A stretch of 63,288 nt of DNA, counting the filler, from Dehalococcoidia bacterium (GTDB taxonomy: Bacteria; Chloroflexota; Dehalococcoidia; DSTF01; RBG-16-68-14), in assembly GCA_040882355.1 (NCBI GenBank). It is 5 parts of 5 records of this genome, joined end to end, with 100 filler letters (N's around TTAATTAATTAA, not from the genome) between each part and the next. Parts side by side here need not be neighbours in the genome. Positions count along the whole stretch, not along the records: positions 1 to 13,435 come from JBBEBM010000065.1; 4 more parts are not named here. One strand, 5' to 3'. This document shows positions 1 to 9,515 of this stretch, piece after piece. Position numbers and translations under genes: made by a program. A model generated the notes under the pieces. That model was given only the letters and a program-made list of their open reading frames with translations, did not search any database and had not been told where the DNA came from. Numbering within the stretch: position 1 is the stretch's first letter; each line of letters begins with the position of its first letter.

Positions 1-54
1 CAGACCCCCCGGCATGGGGCGCTGCCCCCTGCACCCCCGTTTTTCAGCACCCTG

Positions 55-531
55 CTAGAAGCAGTCTGGAAGCGCGATCAGGCGCCAGACGCCGTCGTTG
101 TCGCGCTGGAGATCCCAGTCGCGGTCGACGCTTTCGATTTCGCCGTCGCGGTGCACCTCCAGGCGTACCGCGACCGTCGCCCGGTCGCCCTCGATCTCGG
201 GCAGCGTCTGGCTCTCCAGCCGCACGTCGCTGCCCCGGTCGAAGAGCGCCTCCACGTCCGCGTCGCCGACGTCGCCAGCGACGAAGCTGCGCAGCCGGTC
301 GCCGTCCTTCTCGCGGCAGGCCTGGACGACGTTGACCACCGTCACGCTCGGATCGCCGGACGGCAGGTCCCCGGCGGGCGCGCTCGTCGGCGTCGAGGTG
401 AGGGTAGTCGAAGCAAGATCGTCGGAGTCGCCTCCGTCGCACGAGAGCGATGCTGCCAGCACCAGCGTGAGCGCGGCCAGCCCGACGATCGTTGCGTGTC
501 GCTGAAGCGGTCTGGAGGATCGGCGCTGCAC
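55..531 (-). CDS. Putative lipoprotein, hypothetical
   Basis: Signal peptide with lipobox-like SLSC, then an acidic/Thr-Pro linker and a small alpha/beta domain. Confidence 0.65.
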   Translation of the reverse strand: MQRRSSRPLQRHATIVGLAALTLVLAASLSCDGGDSDDLASTTLTSTPTSAPAGDLPSGDPSVTVVNVVQACREKDGDRLRSFVAGDVGDADVEALFDRGSDVRLESQTLPEIEGDRATVAVRLEVHRDGEIESVDRDWDLQRDNDGVWRLIALPDCF

Positions 532-538
532 GACCCGC

Positions 539-1726
539 TTAGCCGAAGACGCCCCGTTCGCGCAGCTCGGCGATCTGCTCCCACGTGTAGCCGAGGTCGA
601 GCACGACTTCCTCGGTGTGCTGGCCCAGCTCGGGCGCTGCCGGAGCCACCTCCGCCGGCGTCTCGCTGAAGCGCCAGGGCGCGCCGACGACCGGTATGCG
701 CCCCTGCGTCGGGTGGTCGACCTCGACGACGTACTCGTTCGCCCGCGCCTGCGGGTCGTTGAGGATGTCCTCGTAGCTGGCGACGGGCGCGCAGATGCAG
801 TCCGCCGCTTTCAGCAGCGTCATCCACTCTTCGGTCGTCTTCTTCTGGAACGCCTCGTCGAGCATCGCGTACAGCTCGGCCAGGTTCGCCATGCGGTCGA
901 AGTAGCGCTCGAAGCGCGGGTCGTGCTCGATCTCCGGCAGGTCGAGCGCCTGGCAGAAGGCCGGCCAGCGGTTCTCCGGCAGCCCGCCGATCACGCAGTA
1001 GGAGTCGGCGGTCTTGAAGACGCGCCAGATCGTCGGCAGGTAGTGGTGGCCGCGGCCCGCGCGTCCCATCCAGCGATGCGTGACGTAGTACTGGATCTCC
1101 CACGCCTGCATCGCGATCTGGCCGCCCAGCAGCGACGTATCGATCTTCTGGCCCTTGCCCGTGCGCTCTCGAGCGTACAGTGCACTGATCACCGCCATCG
1201 CCAGGTTCGCCGCGCCCACGTAGTCGGCGACGGCAGCGCCGGCGGGCAGCGGGTAGCCGTCCGCGTCGCCGGTCACGCTCAGGAGGCCGCCCTGCGCCTG
1301 CGCTGCGAGGTCGAATGCCGGATGTGTCGCGCGCGGGCCCTTCGCGCCGTAGCCTGAGGCGTGACCGTAGATGACGCGCGGGTTCACCGCGCGGAAGTCG
1401 TCGTAGCCCAGGCCCAGGCGTTCCATTACGCCGGGCCGGAAGTTGTGGACAACCACGTCGCTGCGTTCGCCGAGCTTCAGCGCGACGCCCACCGCCTCCG
1501 CGTTCTTCAGGTCCAGCGTGACGCTGCGCTTGCCGCGGTTGTGCGCCAGGAAGTAGGGGCCGAAGCGCTCCTCTCCCACCATCCCGACCATGCGCCCGAG
1601 GTCCCCGATATTCGGCACCTCCACCTTGATCACGTCGGCGCCCATGTCGGCGAAGATGAGCGAGGCCTGCGGCCCCTGCTGGAAGACGGTGAAGTCGAGG
1701 ACGCGTACCCCTTCGAGCGGTCCCAT
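539..1726 (-). CDS. Family III CoA-transferase (CaiB/BaiF)
   Basis: PLEGVRVLDF, GADVIKVE, NRGKRSVTLDL, catalytic-type Asp in AVADY, APELGQHT tail. Confidence 0.92.
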   Translation of the reverse strand: MGPLEGVRVLDFTVFQQGPQASLIFADMGADVIKVEVPNIGDLGRMVGMVGEERFGPYFLAHNRGKRSVTLDLKNAEAVGVALKLGERSDVVVHNFRPGVMERLGLGYDDFRAVNPRVIYGHASGYGAKGPRATHPAFDLAAQAQGGLLSVTGDADGYPLPAGAAVADYVGAANLAMAVISALYARERTGKGQKIDTSLLGGQIAMQAWEIQYYVTHRWMGRAGRGHHYLPTIWRVFKTADSYCVIGGLPENRWPAFCQALDLPEIEHDPRFERYFDRMANLAELYAMLDEAFQKKTTEEWMTLLKAADCICAPVASYEDILNDPQARANEYVVEVDHPTQGRIPVVGAPWRFSETPAEVAPAAPELGQHTEEVVLDLGYTWEQIAELRERGVFG

Positions 1727-1874
1727 CCCTGCTCCTTTCGATTCGCGGTGCTCCCTACCATAGCGAGCGCCGCCCTACGGAGACAAGGGCGCTTTTGTTG
1801 CCCCACACGTTCCCCTACTCCTATCATGAGCCGATGCCCAGCGCCGATCATCGAGTCGAGGTGCCAGAGAGCGC

Positions 1875-2477
1875 ATGGATGACTCAAGGGTGAAGCTCGA
1901 CCTCCGCGCGGTCCTCCCGATCGCCGCGCTCACCATCGTCGTCCTCGTCATCATCTTCGCGCAGATCTGCGGCAGCGAGGACGTTGTCGCGCCCGAAGTC
2001 GTCTCCACGCCGCCCGAGACGCCGACCGCCGAAGAGCCCGGCGAGACCGCGACGCCCGGCCCTTCGCCGACCGAGGAGCCCGGCGCGCCCACGGCCACCG
2101 AGGAGCCGGGCGGCGGCGAGGAGGAGCGCGACGTTGCTCGACAGGAGGACCTGACGCGCCTCGCCTTCGGCCTGGAGGCGTACCGCCAGGAGAACGACGC
2201 CTACCCGACGACCGATGGCAACGTCCAGAGCCTCTGCGTCTTCCCCGGCGACGCCGCCTGCGAGCTGGAGGAGATCATCGGCGACCTGCCGAACGACCCG
2301 CTCGGCGAGCCCGCATCCGAGAACGGCTACTGGTACGCCTCGGACGGCGATACCTACACGGTCTGGGCCCAGCGCGAGACCGACACCGTTCCCGAGTGCC
2401 CCGATCACCCCTCCCATCTGGAGGGAGTCGACTCCCTCCAGTGCGCCCAGGGCTCCGCGTCGCCGCCCCCCACGTAG
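1875..2477 (+). CDS. Membrane-anchored protein with a GspG/pilin-like C-terminal domain
   Basis: N-terminal TM, Pro/Thr/Glu linker, then RDVARQEDLTRLAFGLEAYRQENDAYP...LPNDP...YWY as in pseudopilin heads. Confidence 0.55.
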   Translation: MDDSRVKLDLRAVLPIAALTIVVLVIIFAQICGSEDVVAPEVVSTPPETPTAEEPGETATPGPSPTEEPGAPTATEEPGGGEEERDVARQEDLTRLAFGLEAYRQENDAYPTTDGNVQSLCVFPGDAACELEEIIGDLPNDPLGEPASENGYWYASDGDTYTVWAQRETDTVPECPDHPSHLEGVDSLQCAQGSASPPPT

Positions 2478-2683
2478 GGCGGCGCGGCCCCGGTCACCGT
2501 TTTTCGAAGGTTCAGGCGGGCCCGGAGAGAATGGCTGGCGCAGGGCAAGGGGCCGGGCTCTTCCATTCTTGGCCCCGCTCGGCACCCGCGCGCCTTCAGC
2601 CAAGGCTGGGCGGCGCCGCTGACAGGGCCATACGGGCCTTCCTTCCGCGTGTCGAGGATCGCGAGAATAGAGAAAGGAGGGTC

Positions 2684-2950
2684 ATGATGAAGCTCGATCG
2701 GTTCACTCGGGAAGACGCTCAGCGGATCGGCACCGCCATTGGGATTGACTGGCAAGCCAGCGCTGTCGATCTCGATCAGTTCCGCATCGGCCTCCACGTC
2801 GAACTGGAGCACGGCGCCAGCGATCCGCAGACGGATGTGACTCACGACGACGAAGTCACGACTGGGAAGATCGCCTTCGCTCACCTGAAGGAGATCCCGG
2901 ACTACTACACGCGACTGGAAAAGATGGAGGCCGAGGCGGAAGGCCGATAG
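2684..2950 (+). CDS. DUF5661-like small protein
   Basis: RBS AAAGGAGG at 2673-2680; GLHVELEHG...GKIAFAHLKEIPDYYTRL motif. Confidence 0.75.
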   Translation: MMKLDRFTREDAQRIGTAIGIDWQASAVDLDQFRIGLHVELEHGASDPQTDVTHDDEVTTGKIAFAHLKEIPDYYTRLEKMEAEAEGR

Positions 2951-2980
2951 CTTCGTCCAGCCGCGAAGGGAGGATGTCGC

Positions 2981-3523
2981 TTGCTCGGAATCGAAAAGGT
3001 GGCCGGGTTACCTCTGCACGTCTTGATCGTTCACTTCGCGGTCGTCCTTGTTCCGCTCGCTGCTGTCAGCCTAATCGCCACGGGCTGGAGGGCTGACTGG
3101 CGCAGGCGGTATGGCCTGGCGATTGCGCTCATCGCCATCGTGGGCGCCGCCTCGGCATTTGTCGCCGCGCAGAGCGGCGCGTCGCTCGCGCACACAGTCA
3201 GGCAATCGGCTGCCGCGAGCAATCAGCAGACCGTCAACAGTGGCGGAGGAAGGGTGTCCTTAGGCGAGCATCCGGAGCAGGGTGACAATGCGGAGGTCGC
3301 GGCGATCACGTTCGCGGTCGCCGCGGCTCTCCTCTTCGGCCTCGAACAGTGGGGCGACCGGATTCAAATCGTTGGGCCGGAAGTCGCGCGCTGGCTCCCG
3401 ATGGCAGCCTACATCGCGGCGTCCGGTCTGGGCGCGGTCGCCCTCTTCACGATGATCGTCGCAGGGCACTCAGGCGCCACGCTCGTCTGGAAGGACGTGG
3501 GCAACTTCGTTTCGTCAAACTAG
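2981..3523 (+). CDS. DUF2231-like membrane protein
   Basis: GGGAGG RBS, TTG start; GLPLHVLIVHF, EH and GHSGA His motifs; 4 TM helices. Confidence 0.7.
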   Translation: MLGIEKVAGLPLHVLIVHFAVVLVPLAAVSLIATGWRADWRRRYGLAIALIAIVGAASAFVAAQSGASLAHTVRQSAAASNQQTVNSGGGRVSLGEHPEQGDNAEVAAITFAVAAALLFGLEQWGDRIQIVGPEVARWLPMAAYIAASGLGAVALFTMIVAGHSGATLVWKDVGNFVSSN

Positions 3524-3924
3524 TCAAGCCCCAGGTCCGTCGGCCTTAGCTTGCTGCGGTCTCGTTACCCCGCCCCGCTGCCACCCGCCCCTTCGCGCTA
3601 TCCCGCCGCGCCAGTATCCTCACTCTCGACTACCGGGCGCCGCTCGTCCTGCGTAAGGAAGGGCCGCGCGGCCGCGGCCAGACGTGCAGGGATCGCGTCA
3701 CGGAGCGGCCCGCCAGCCGCGGAGGAAGTCCGCTCTTCCTAAGCCAAAAGAGGACCCGTTTTCACAAAACGAAAGGCCGCCTCTCGCGTGCCAGGGCACC
3801 GGACTGAGCGCAACGGGAGCGCCTCGTGCCCTCTCCCGCTCCGGGAGAGGGTCAGTCGAAGACTGGAGTGAGGCTGAAACGAAACGACACGTTTCGCGCG
3901 GCTTGCCCTGGGCCTGTCGAGAGG

Positions 3925-5607
3925 CTACCCCTCCACCCGCACGACGCCCTGGGCGCCGTCGACGGTGACGCGCTGGCCGTCCTTGAGCATCTGGGTGCCG
4001 TTCTGCGTGCCGACCACGCACGGAATGCGATACTCACGCGCGACGATCGCGCAGTGAGAGAGCACCCCGCCCGAGTCGGCGACGACCGCCGACACGCTCG
4101 CGAAGAGCGGCGTCCAGGCGGGCATCGTCATCTCGCAGACCAGGATGTCGCCCGGCTGGAGCTTGTGCGCTTCCGAGAGCGAGTGGACGACGCGGGCGGT
4201 GCCCGTCACCGTCCCGGCGGACGCGCCGATGCCGGTGATCACCTTCGGATCGCGCGAGGCCTCGCGCCGCTCCCCGAAGAAGAGCTTGCTCATAGGGTTC
4301 TCGGCGGCTTGAGGCGGCGGAAGGGTGCCGAGCTCGCGCGGCGGCACCACGCGCGACCAGCGTTCGCGCTCCGCGCGGCGCTCCTCGACCAGGGCCCGCC
4401 AATCGCGGCCTCCTTCGGCTCCGCTCAGGACAGGCTCCGGCTCGTTCGCGGCGACCGGCAGCTCGTCGACGGTCAGGTAGAAGACGTCGTCGCGCGCGGC
4501 GATCGTGCCCGCACCGGCGAGACGCCGGCCAAACTCCAGGAACGGCAAGCGCAAGAGCACGGTGTTCATCTGATCGATGTAGAAGTTGTGGTTCTCCTGG
4601 ATCGGCAGGTACTGCTGCGCGACGCCGAGCATCATCTCGAAAAGCGGGCGGCCTTCGTGCCCGTCGAGCATCGCCATCGTCTCCTCGACGAGCTGCTCGC
4701 GCTCGTTGCGGGAGCGGCGCTCGCTGAGGGCGGGATCGGCCTCGTCCGGCGAGGCGATCATGTCGCGCAGGGTCGCGAGCGCGATCGACGGGTCTTCGGC
4801 CCAGGCCGGATCGGCCAGCTCGAAGGCGTCGCTGCGCCAGCCGTACTCCTCGAGGTACGTCTGCAGGTCGTCCCAGAAGGCGCGCCCTTCCGGCGAAGCT
4901 TGCAGCTCGCCGGCGAGGGCGTCGATGGGTGTTTCGCTGAACAGCGCAACGACCGCCGGCTGCTCGCGAGCGCGACGGCTCAGGTCCCAGAGCGCCTTGC
5001 CCGACTCGACGCTCTTGTTCTCGAAGCCCTGAAGCAGGAGGTAGTGCTCGTTGTTCTGCGGCTTGCCCAGGAAGTGCTCGTACATCTCGGCAAAGCGAGA
5101 GGCCGCGCCCATGACCGGGATCACGACCTGCATGTGGATGTCCCAGGCCCTGACGCGCATTCGCTTCGCCTCGTCGATGAAGGCGAGCAGCTCGTCCATC
5201 GAGGCGCCCGCGTAGTCGAAGTCGCGCAGGCGCTGGTTGATCGACTGGATCTCGGGCAGATACTCCTGCTCCCACGTCTGCGTCAGCACCGGCAGGCGGC
5301 GCATGAACTCCTGCTCCACGTCGGGCCACCAGGGCGGCGGGAACGAGACCGCGCCGCCGTCGAACACGTTGCTGTTGTAGTTGTAGCCGTTCACGACGAA
5401 GCTGTGCATGGTGAGCGGGATCGCGATCGCCCGGAAACCGATCGTCGAGCCCTCCACGAACGCGGGCGCTTCGAACGTCGCGGTCAGCGGCGTCAGCGGG
5501 TGAGGCTGGTGCATCTGGTCCCAGGTCCAGAAGTGGGTCTCCATGCCGGGTTCAGGCCACTGGACGGGGAAGTTGTCGGGCGCGGGTAAGGGGGTGGCGT
5601 GGGTCAC
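3925..5607 (-). CDS. PEP-utilising enzyme, phosphohistidine swivel domain (rifampin-phosphotransferase-like, no ATP-grasp domain)
   Basis: C-terminal GIGASAGTVTG...GGVLSHCAIVAREYRIPCVVG...VTVDG. Confidence 0.8.
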   Translation of the reverse strand: MTHATPLPAPDNFPVQWPEPGMETHFWTWDQMHQPHPLTPLTATFEAPAFVEGSTIGFRAIAIPLTMHSFVVNGYNYNSNVFDGGAVSFPPPWWPDVEQEFMRRLPVLTQTWEQEYLPEIQSINQRLRDFDYAGASMDELLAFIDEAKRMRVRAWDIHMQVVIPVMGAASRFAEMYEHFLGKPQNNEHYLLLQGFENKSVESGKALWDLSRRAREQPAVVALFSETPIDALAGELQASPEGRAFWDDLQTYLEEYGWRSDAFELADPAWAEDPSIALATLRDMIASPDEADPALSERRSRNEREQLVEETMAMLDGHEGRPLFEMMLGVAQQYLPIQENHNFYIDQMNTVLLRLPFLEFGRRLAGAGTIAARDDVFYLTVDELPVAANEPEPVLSGAEGGRDWRALVEERRAERERWSRVVPPRELGTLPPPQAAENPMSKLFFGERREASRDPKVITGIGASAGTVTGTARVVHSLSEAHKLQPGDILVCEMTMPAWTPLFASVSAVVADSGGVLSHCAIVAREYRIPCVVGTQNGTQMLKDGQRVTVDGAQGVVRVEG

Positions 5608-5709
5608 GGTATGCTAGTCCTCCCTCTAGGCGGACATAATAGCAGCGGCTTCCGGAGCAGGACAGGAGGCCGCCTGTCCGCTGCGAACGCATCCGGCTAT
5701 CATGGCGCT

Positions 5710-6402
5710 ATGCGACAGTCGATCTCGGAGCTGGAGGCGCGTCGCCTGCTGGGCGGCGGTCCCGTCGTGCTAGTGACGACGGCGTGGCGCGGCAACTACA
5801 ACGTGATGCCCGCCGCGTACACGACGCCGCTCAGCTTCAACCCGCCGTTGATCGGCATCGCTGTGCACGCGTCGCGCCACACGCACGACATGATCAAGTA
5901 CAGCGAGGAGTTCGCGCTGAACATCCCGACGCGCGAGCTGCTCGACCACTGCCAGTACCTGGGCAGCGTCAGCGGCCGCGATCTCGACAAGCTGGACCTG
6001 ACCAAGCTGCCGACGTTTCGCGCCCGCAAGGTGGACGCCCCGTTGCTGGAGGGCTGCGTTGGCTACATCGAGTGTGGGGTGAGCGACGCCTATGTCATCG
6101 GCGACCACACGCTCTTCGTCGGCAAGGTCGTCGCTGCCCAGGCGGAGAAGGACGCCTTCGACGAGACGTGGCTGCTCACCGACCCGGAGCTCAAGCCGCT
6201 CCACTACCTCGGCCTGAACCGCTACGCGCTGCTCGGCGATGTCCTGGAGGCGCGAGTGCCCAAGGCCGAAGGTGAGGAGTCGACCGAAGAGCAGGTCGAG
6301 GCGGGCGTCGACGAGGCCGGCGGCGAGACGCGCGAACGGCGCGAACGCGCGGCCAACGATGCCGAGCACCGCCGCCGCGAAGGCCTGGACGAGGTCAGGT
6401 AA
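5710..6402 (+). CDS. Flavin reductase family protein
   Basis: PVVLVTT, NPPLIGIAV, FALNIP, IECGV, GDHTLFVGKV; ATG at 5710 preferred. Confidence 0.85.
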   Translation: MRQSISELEARRLLGGGPVVLVTTAWRGNYNVMPAAYTTPLSFNPPLIGIAVHASRHTHDMIKYSEEFALNIPTRELLDHCQYLGSVSGRDLDKLDLTKLPTFRARKVDAPLLEGCVGYIECGVSDAYVIGDHTLFVGKVVAAQAEKDAFDETWLLTDPELKPLHYLGLNRYALLGDVLEARVPKAEGEESTEEQVEAGVDEAGGETRERRERAANDAEHRRREGLDEVR

Positions 6403-6547
6403 GCTTCGTTGCATTCAGCGCGCCGGCCTTCGACGCCTGCCCTCTGTGCCGTTCAGCGTAGGTCTTTCGGCACGGGCAAATGTGCCCTTCGGCAGTAGTG
6501 ACGGATGCCCCTGCGTGCGACATTACCTGTAGAAAGGAGGGCCACGT

Positions 6548-6637
6548 ATGGAACGAACAGGAGCGCTCTCGTTGGGCATCGCGGCCTGGTTGGGCATTTC
6601 TGCTCTCGTAGCGCGGCGAGTCCGCACGCTGGGTTAG
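6548..6637 (+). CDS. 29-aa single-TM microprotein (MERTGALSLGIAAWLGISALVARRVRTLG)
   Basis: Strong RBS AAAGGAGG ending at 6540, 7 nt before the ATG; hydrophobic core and basic tail; below the ORF-track cutoff. Confidence 0.5.
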   Translation: MERTGALSLGIAAWLGISALVARRVRTLG

Positions 6638-6772
6638 AGAGACGCAGGCGCCGGCTTGACCGCGCGGCGATTCGTATTCACCATTGTCCTAGAACTTGCG
6701 GGCCAAACGGCCCTATCAATCGGTCCGCGTTCAGACCTAGGCTGCTGTTAACGCTAAGGAAGGAGAGACACT

Positions 6773-7543
6773 ATGGAGAAGCTAGGTAGGTTGGCGAGAC
6801 TGGCTAGGCACTGGGTGTGGCTGATGCCGCTCGTGGTCGGTATCGCATTCGTCGCTGGAGGGATGTACATGATCCTGCAGGGACGCAACGCGCACAACGA
6901 TGTCCGCGACAGCATCGTCCAAGAGGACATCACGGTTTCCGAGGACGCTCCTGCGTTCGGCGGCGAGATGGTCGACTCGGCGGCCAAGGCGGACGCTCAG
7001 GCCGACGTGATTCTGGAGCATACGCTGGCAGCTACAGGCGGATATCTGTACGCGCAGATGGGACAGTACTATCTGCCCGAGGGTAACTACCTGCTGCCCA
7101 ACGGCACCTACATGACAGCGGACGGCGGAACGACCCAGGACGCTGCTCTCGCCGAGAAGGATGACGAGGGCAACCCAATCAATACGACCACGGACGTGGC
7201 GCTGGCAGCGAAGAACTCTAACGAGGAGCCCATCCGGGCCTGGACCAGCGACAAGACGCTGGCTGCAACCGACAGCAGCGGCAGCCCCGTCCCGAACTCG
7301 CTGCGCAACACGGCTCAGACATCCGCCTTCCTGCGGACAAGCCTTGGTGTAGCGGTCATGGGCTTCAAGGTCTCCGACCTGGTTGTCGGCCTGGGCGTGT
7401 TCCTCTTCTTCATCGGCGTGATGAGTGTGATCATCATGTCGCCGGTTACTTACTGGGCTTCGGTCGTCGCCGACGAGCACGAGCGTAGCCGTGTCAAGGA
7501 AACTGCCGCCGAGATGGCCCCAAAATCCCCGCAGGCTAGGTAA
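6773..7543 (+). CDS. Two-TM membrane protein with internal tandem repeats
   Basis: AAGGAG RBS; N- and C-terminal TMs; AQADVILEH and FLRTSL motifs. Confidence 0.75.
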   Translation: MEKLGRLARLARHWVWLMPLVVGIAFVAGGMYMILQGRNAHNDVRDSIVQEDITVSEDAPAFGGEMVDSAAKADAQADVILEHTLAATGGYLYAQMGQYYLPEGNYLLPNGTYMTADGGTTQDAALAEKDDEGNPINTTTDVALAAKNSNEEPIRAWTSDKTLAATDSSGSPVPNSLRNTAQTSAFLRTSLGVAVMGFKVSDLVVGLGVFLFFIGVMSVIIMSPVTYWASVVADEHERSRVKETAAEMAPKSPQAR

Positions 7544-7670
7544 ACGCGCGCTCCCTCAACTCTTCTCGATAGGCAGGCAGGGGGGGGNNNNNNNNNNNNC
7601 ATTCGCCCGGCCTGCCTGCGCTCTGCGCGTCCCATCCGATCACTGGCGTACCCGAATCCGCCAGGTGGGC

Positions 7671-7720
7671 TTGACAGAGATCGCCCTCCGATGGTATGTT
7701 CTCCACAAGAACAGTCGTTC
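7671..7720 (+). promoter_or_regulatory. lexA promoter with SOS box GAACagtcGTTC (7709-7720)
   Basis: TTGACA 7671-7676 and TGgTATGTT ending at 7700; GAAC-N4-GTTC just upstream of lexA, consistent with autorepression. Confidence 0.85.
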
Positions 7721-7745
7721 CGAATAGAAGATCGGAGGGGTCACA

Positions 7746-8387
7746 ATGAAGGGACTCTCGACCAAGCAGCAGAAGATCCTGGACTTCCTGCGCAAGTTCA
7801 TCCGCGAAAAGGACTACCCGCCAAGCATCCGCGACATCCAGCTCGGCTGCGACATCAGCTCGACGTCGGTGGTGGATTACAACCTGAAAGCGCTTGAGCG
7901 GCTGGGCCACATCCGGCGCGACCGGGAGGTCTCCCGCGCCATCGAGTTGCTCGACGGCAGCGGGCGGCGCCCCTACACGGTGCCTGTGCCGATCATCGGC
8001 ACGATCGCGGCGGGCGAGCCGATCCCGGTGCCTGGCGAAGACACGTGGTCGAACATCGACTACGACAACGTCGTCGAAGTGACCGAGGACATGACGCGCG
8101 GCCGCGAGCAGGTCTACGCGCTCAAGGTGAAGGGCACCTCGATGATCGACGCGCTGGTCAACGACGGCGACGTCGTGATCATGGAAGCGACCAGCTCGGC
8201 CGACGACGGCGACATGGTCGCGGCGTGGTTGAAGCGCGAGGGTGAGGCGACCCTCAAGAAGATCTACCGGGAAGGCGAGAAGGTCCGCCTCCAGCCCGCC
8301 AACGTCACGATGCAGCCGATCTACACCGACCGCGACAATGTTGAGGTGCAGGGCCGTGTGCTGGCGCGGATCGGCCAGATGAGCTAG
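7746..8387 (+). CDS. lexA: SOS repressor LexA
   Basis: Winged HTH (YPPSIRDI), cleavage site IAAGEP, catalytic Ser (GTSM) and Lys (ATLKK). Confidence 0.96.
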   Translation: MKGLSTKQQKILDFLRKFIREKDYPPSIRDIQLGCDISSTSVVDYNLKALERLGHIRRDREVSRAIELLDGSGRRPYTVPVPIIGTIAAGEPIPVPGEDTWSNIDYDNVVEVTEDMTRGREQVYALKVKGTSMIDALVNDGDVVIMEATSSADDGDMVAAWLKREGEATLKKIYREGEKVRLQPANVTMQPIYTDRDNVEVQGRVLARIGQMS

Positions 8388-8517
8388 CAGGCGCCCCTCG
8401 CCGTTTTCGCGAAGAGCAAGCGCGGGAGTCTGCCTGACGCCTACCTCCTAATCCAGCGCTATACTGCGTCCGGTGGGGGATGCGACCCCTCTGTCAAGGC
8501 GCCTTCGGTCGACTACC

Positions 8518-9501
8518 ATGAGCGAGGCCATCCTCGAAATCCGCGACCTCTCCGTCCATTACGCCCACGGGCCGCAGCGGGCCAAGGCTGTCGACGGTGC
8601 AAGCTTGTCGCTGCGCCCGGGGGCCGTCCTGGCCCTCGTTGGGGAGAGCGGATGTGGCAAGACGACCCTGGCGCTCGCGATCCTGGGCTTGCTGCCCTTC
8701 CCGGGACAGGTTGTCGGCGGCGAGATCATGTTCGATGGGCGCGACCTGCTCTCGTTGCCGGAGCCTGACCTGCGGCCGCTGCGCGGGCGGGCCATCTCGA
8801 TGATCTTCCAGGACCCAATCGCTGGGCTGAACCCCGTCCTGTCCATCGGCCAGCAAGTGGAAGAGGTGATCACCACCCATCTGCGCGCGTCCAAGCAGCA
8901 GGCGCGCACCATGGCCCAGGCTGCGCTGGCCCGCGTCGGCCTGGCCGATCCGGAGCGCCTGAGCAAGCGGTATCCGTATCAGCTCTCCGGTGGCATGTGC
9001 CAGCGCGTCGTCATCGCCATCGCCACTGCGCTCAACCCGAGCGTCATCATCGCCGACGAGCCCACATCGGCGCTCGACGTGACGATCCAGGCCGGCATTC
9101 TTAGCGAGCTACAACGGCTGCGGCGGGAGCAGGGCGTGGCGATCCTGCTGATCACGCACGACCTGGGTGTCGTCGCGCAGATGGCGGACGAGGTGGCCGT
9201 GATGTACGCAGGCCGCATCGCCGAGCACGGACCCACGCGCGACGTCTACCGCGAGCCTCGTCATCCATACACATGGTCGCTCTTCGCGACGCTGCCACGT
9301 GTCGATAGGGCGGACCGGCCACTCCTGCCCATCCGCGGCGCGCCACCCGATCCGAGCGAGCTGCCGGACGAGTGCGCGTTCGTGCCGCGCTGCGGCAAGG
9401 CGCTCAGCCTCTGTCGCGAGCAGCCTTCGCCCGCCTTGACCGAGCTGGCGCCCGGCCATCGAGCGGCCTGCTACAACCCCGTCGTGCACCAGGAAGCGTG
9501 A
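8518..9501 (+). CDS. Oligopeptide/dipeptide ABC transporter ATPase (DppD/OppD-like)
   Basis: GESGCGKT, LSGGMCQR, IADEPT, HPYT and C-terminal Cys motif. Confidence 0.9.
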   Translation: MSEAILEIRDLSVHYAHGPQRAKAVDGASLSLRPGAVLALVGESGCGKTTLALAILGLLPFPGQVVGGEIMFDGRDLLSLPEPDLRPLRGRAISMIFQDPIAGLNPVLSIGQQVEEVITTHLRASKQQARTMAQAALARVGLADPERLSKRYPYQLSGGMCQRVVIAIATALNPSVIIADEPTSALDVTIQAGILSELQRLRREQGVAILLITHDLGVVAQMADEVAVMYAGRIAEHGPTRDVYREPRHPYTWSLFATLPRVDRADRPLLPIRGAPPDPSELPDECAFVPRCGKALSLCREQPSPALTELAPGHRAACYNPVVHQEA

Positions 9502-9515
9502 GGGCTAGTTGGGTT

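Noticed and set aside
3715..3900. GGAGGAAGTCCG resembling the start of RNase P RNA
   Set aside because: It lacks the exact GAGGAAAGTCC and the 3' consensus; the region is better explained by REP-like palindromes.
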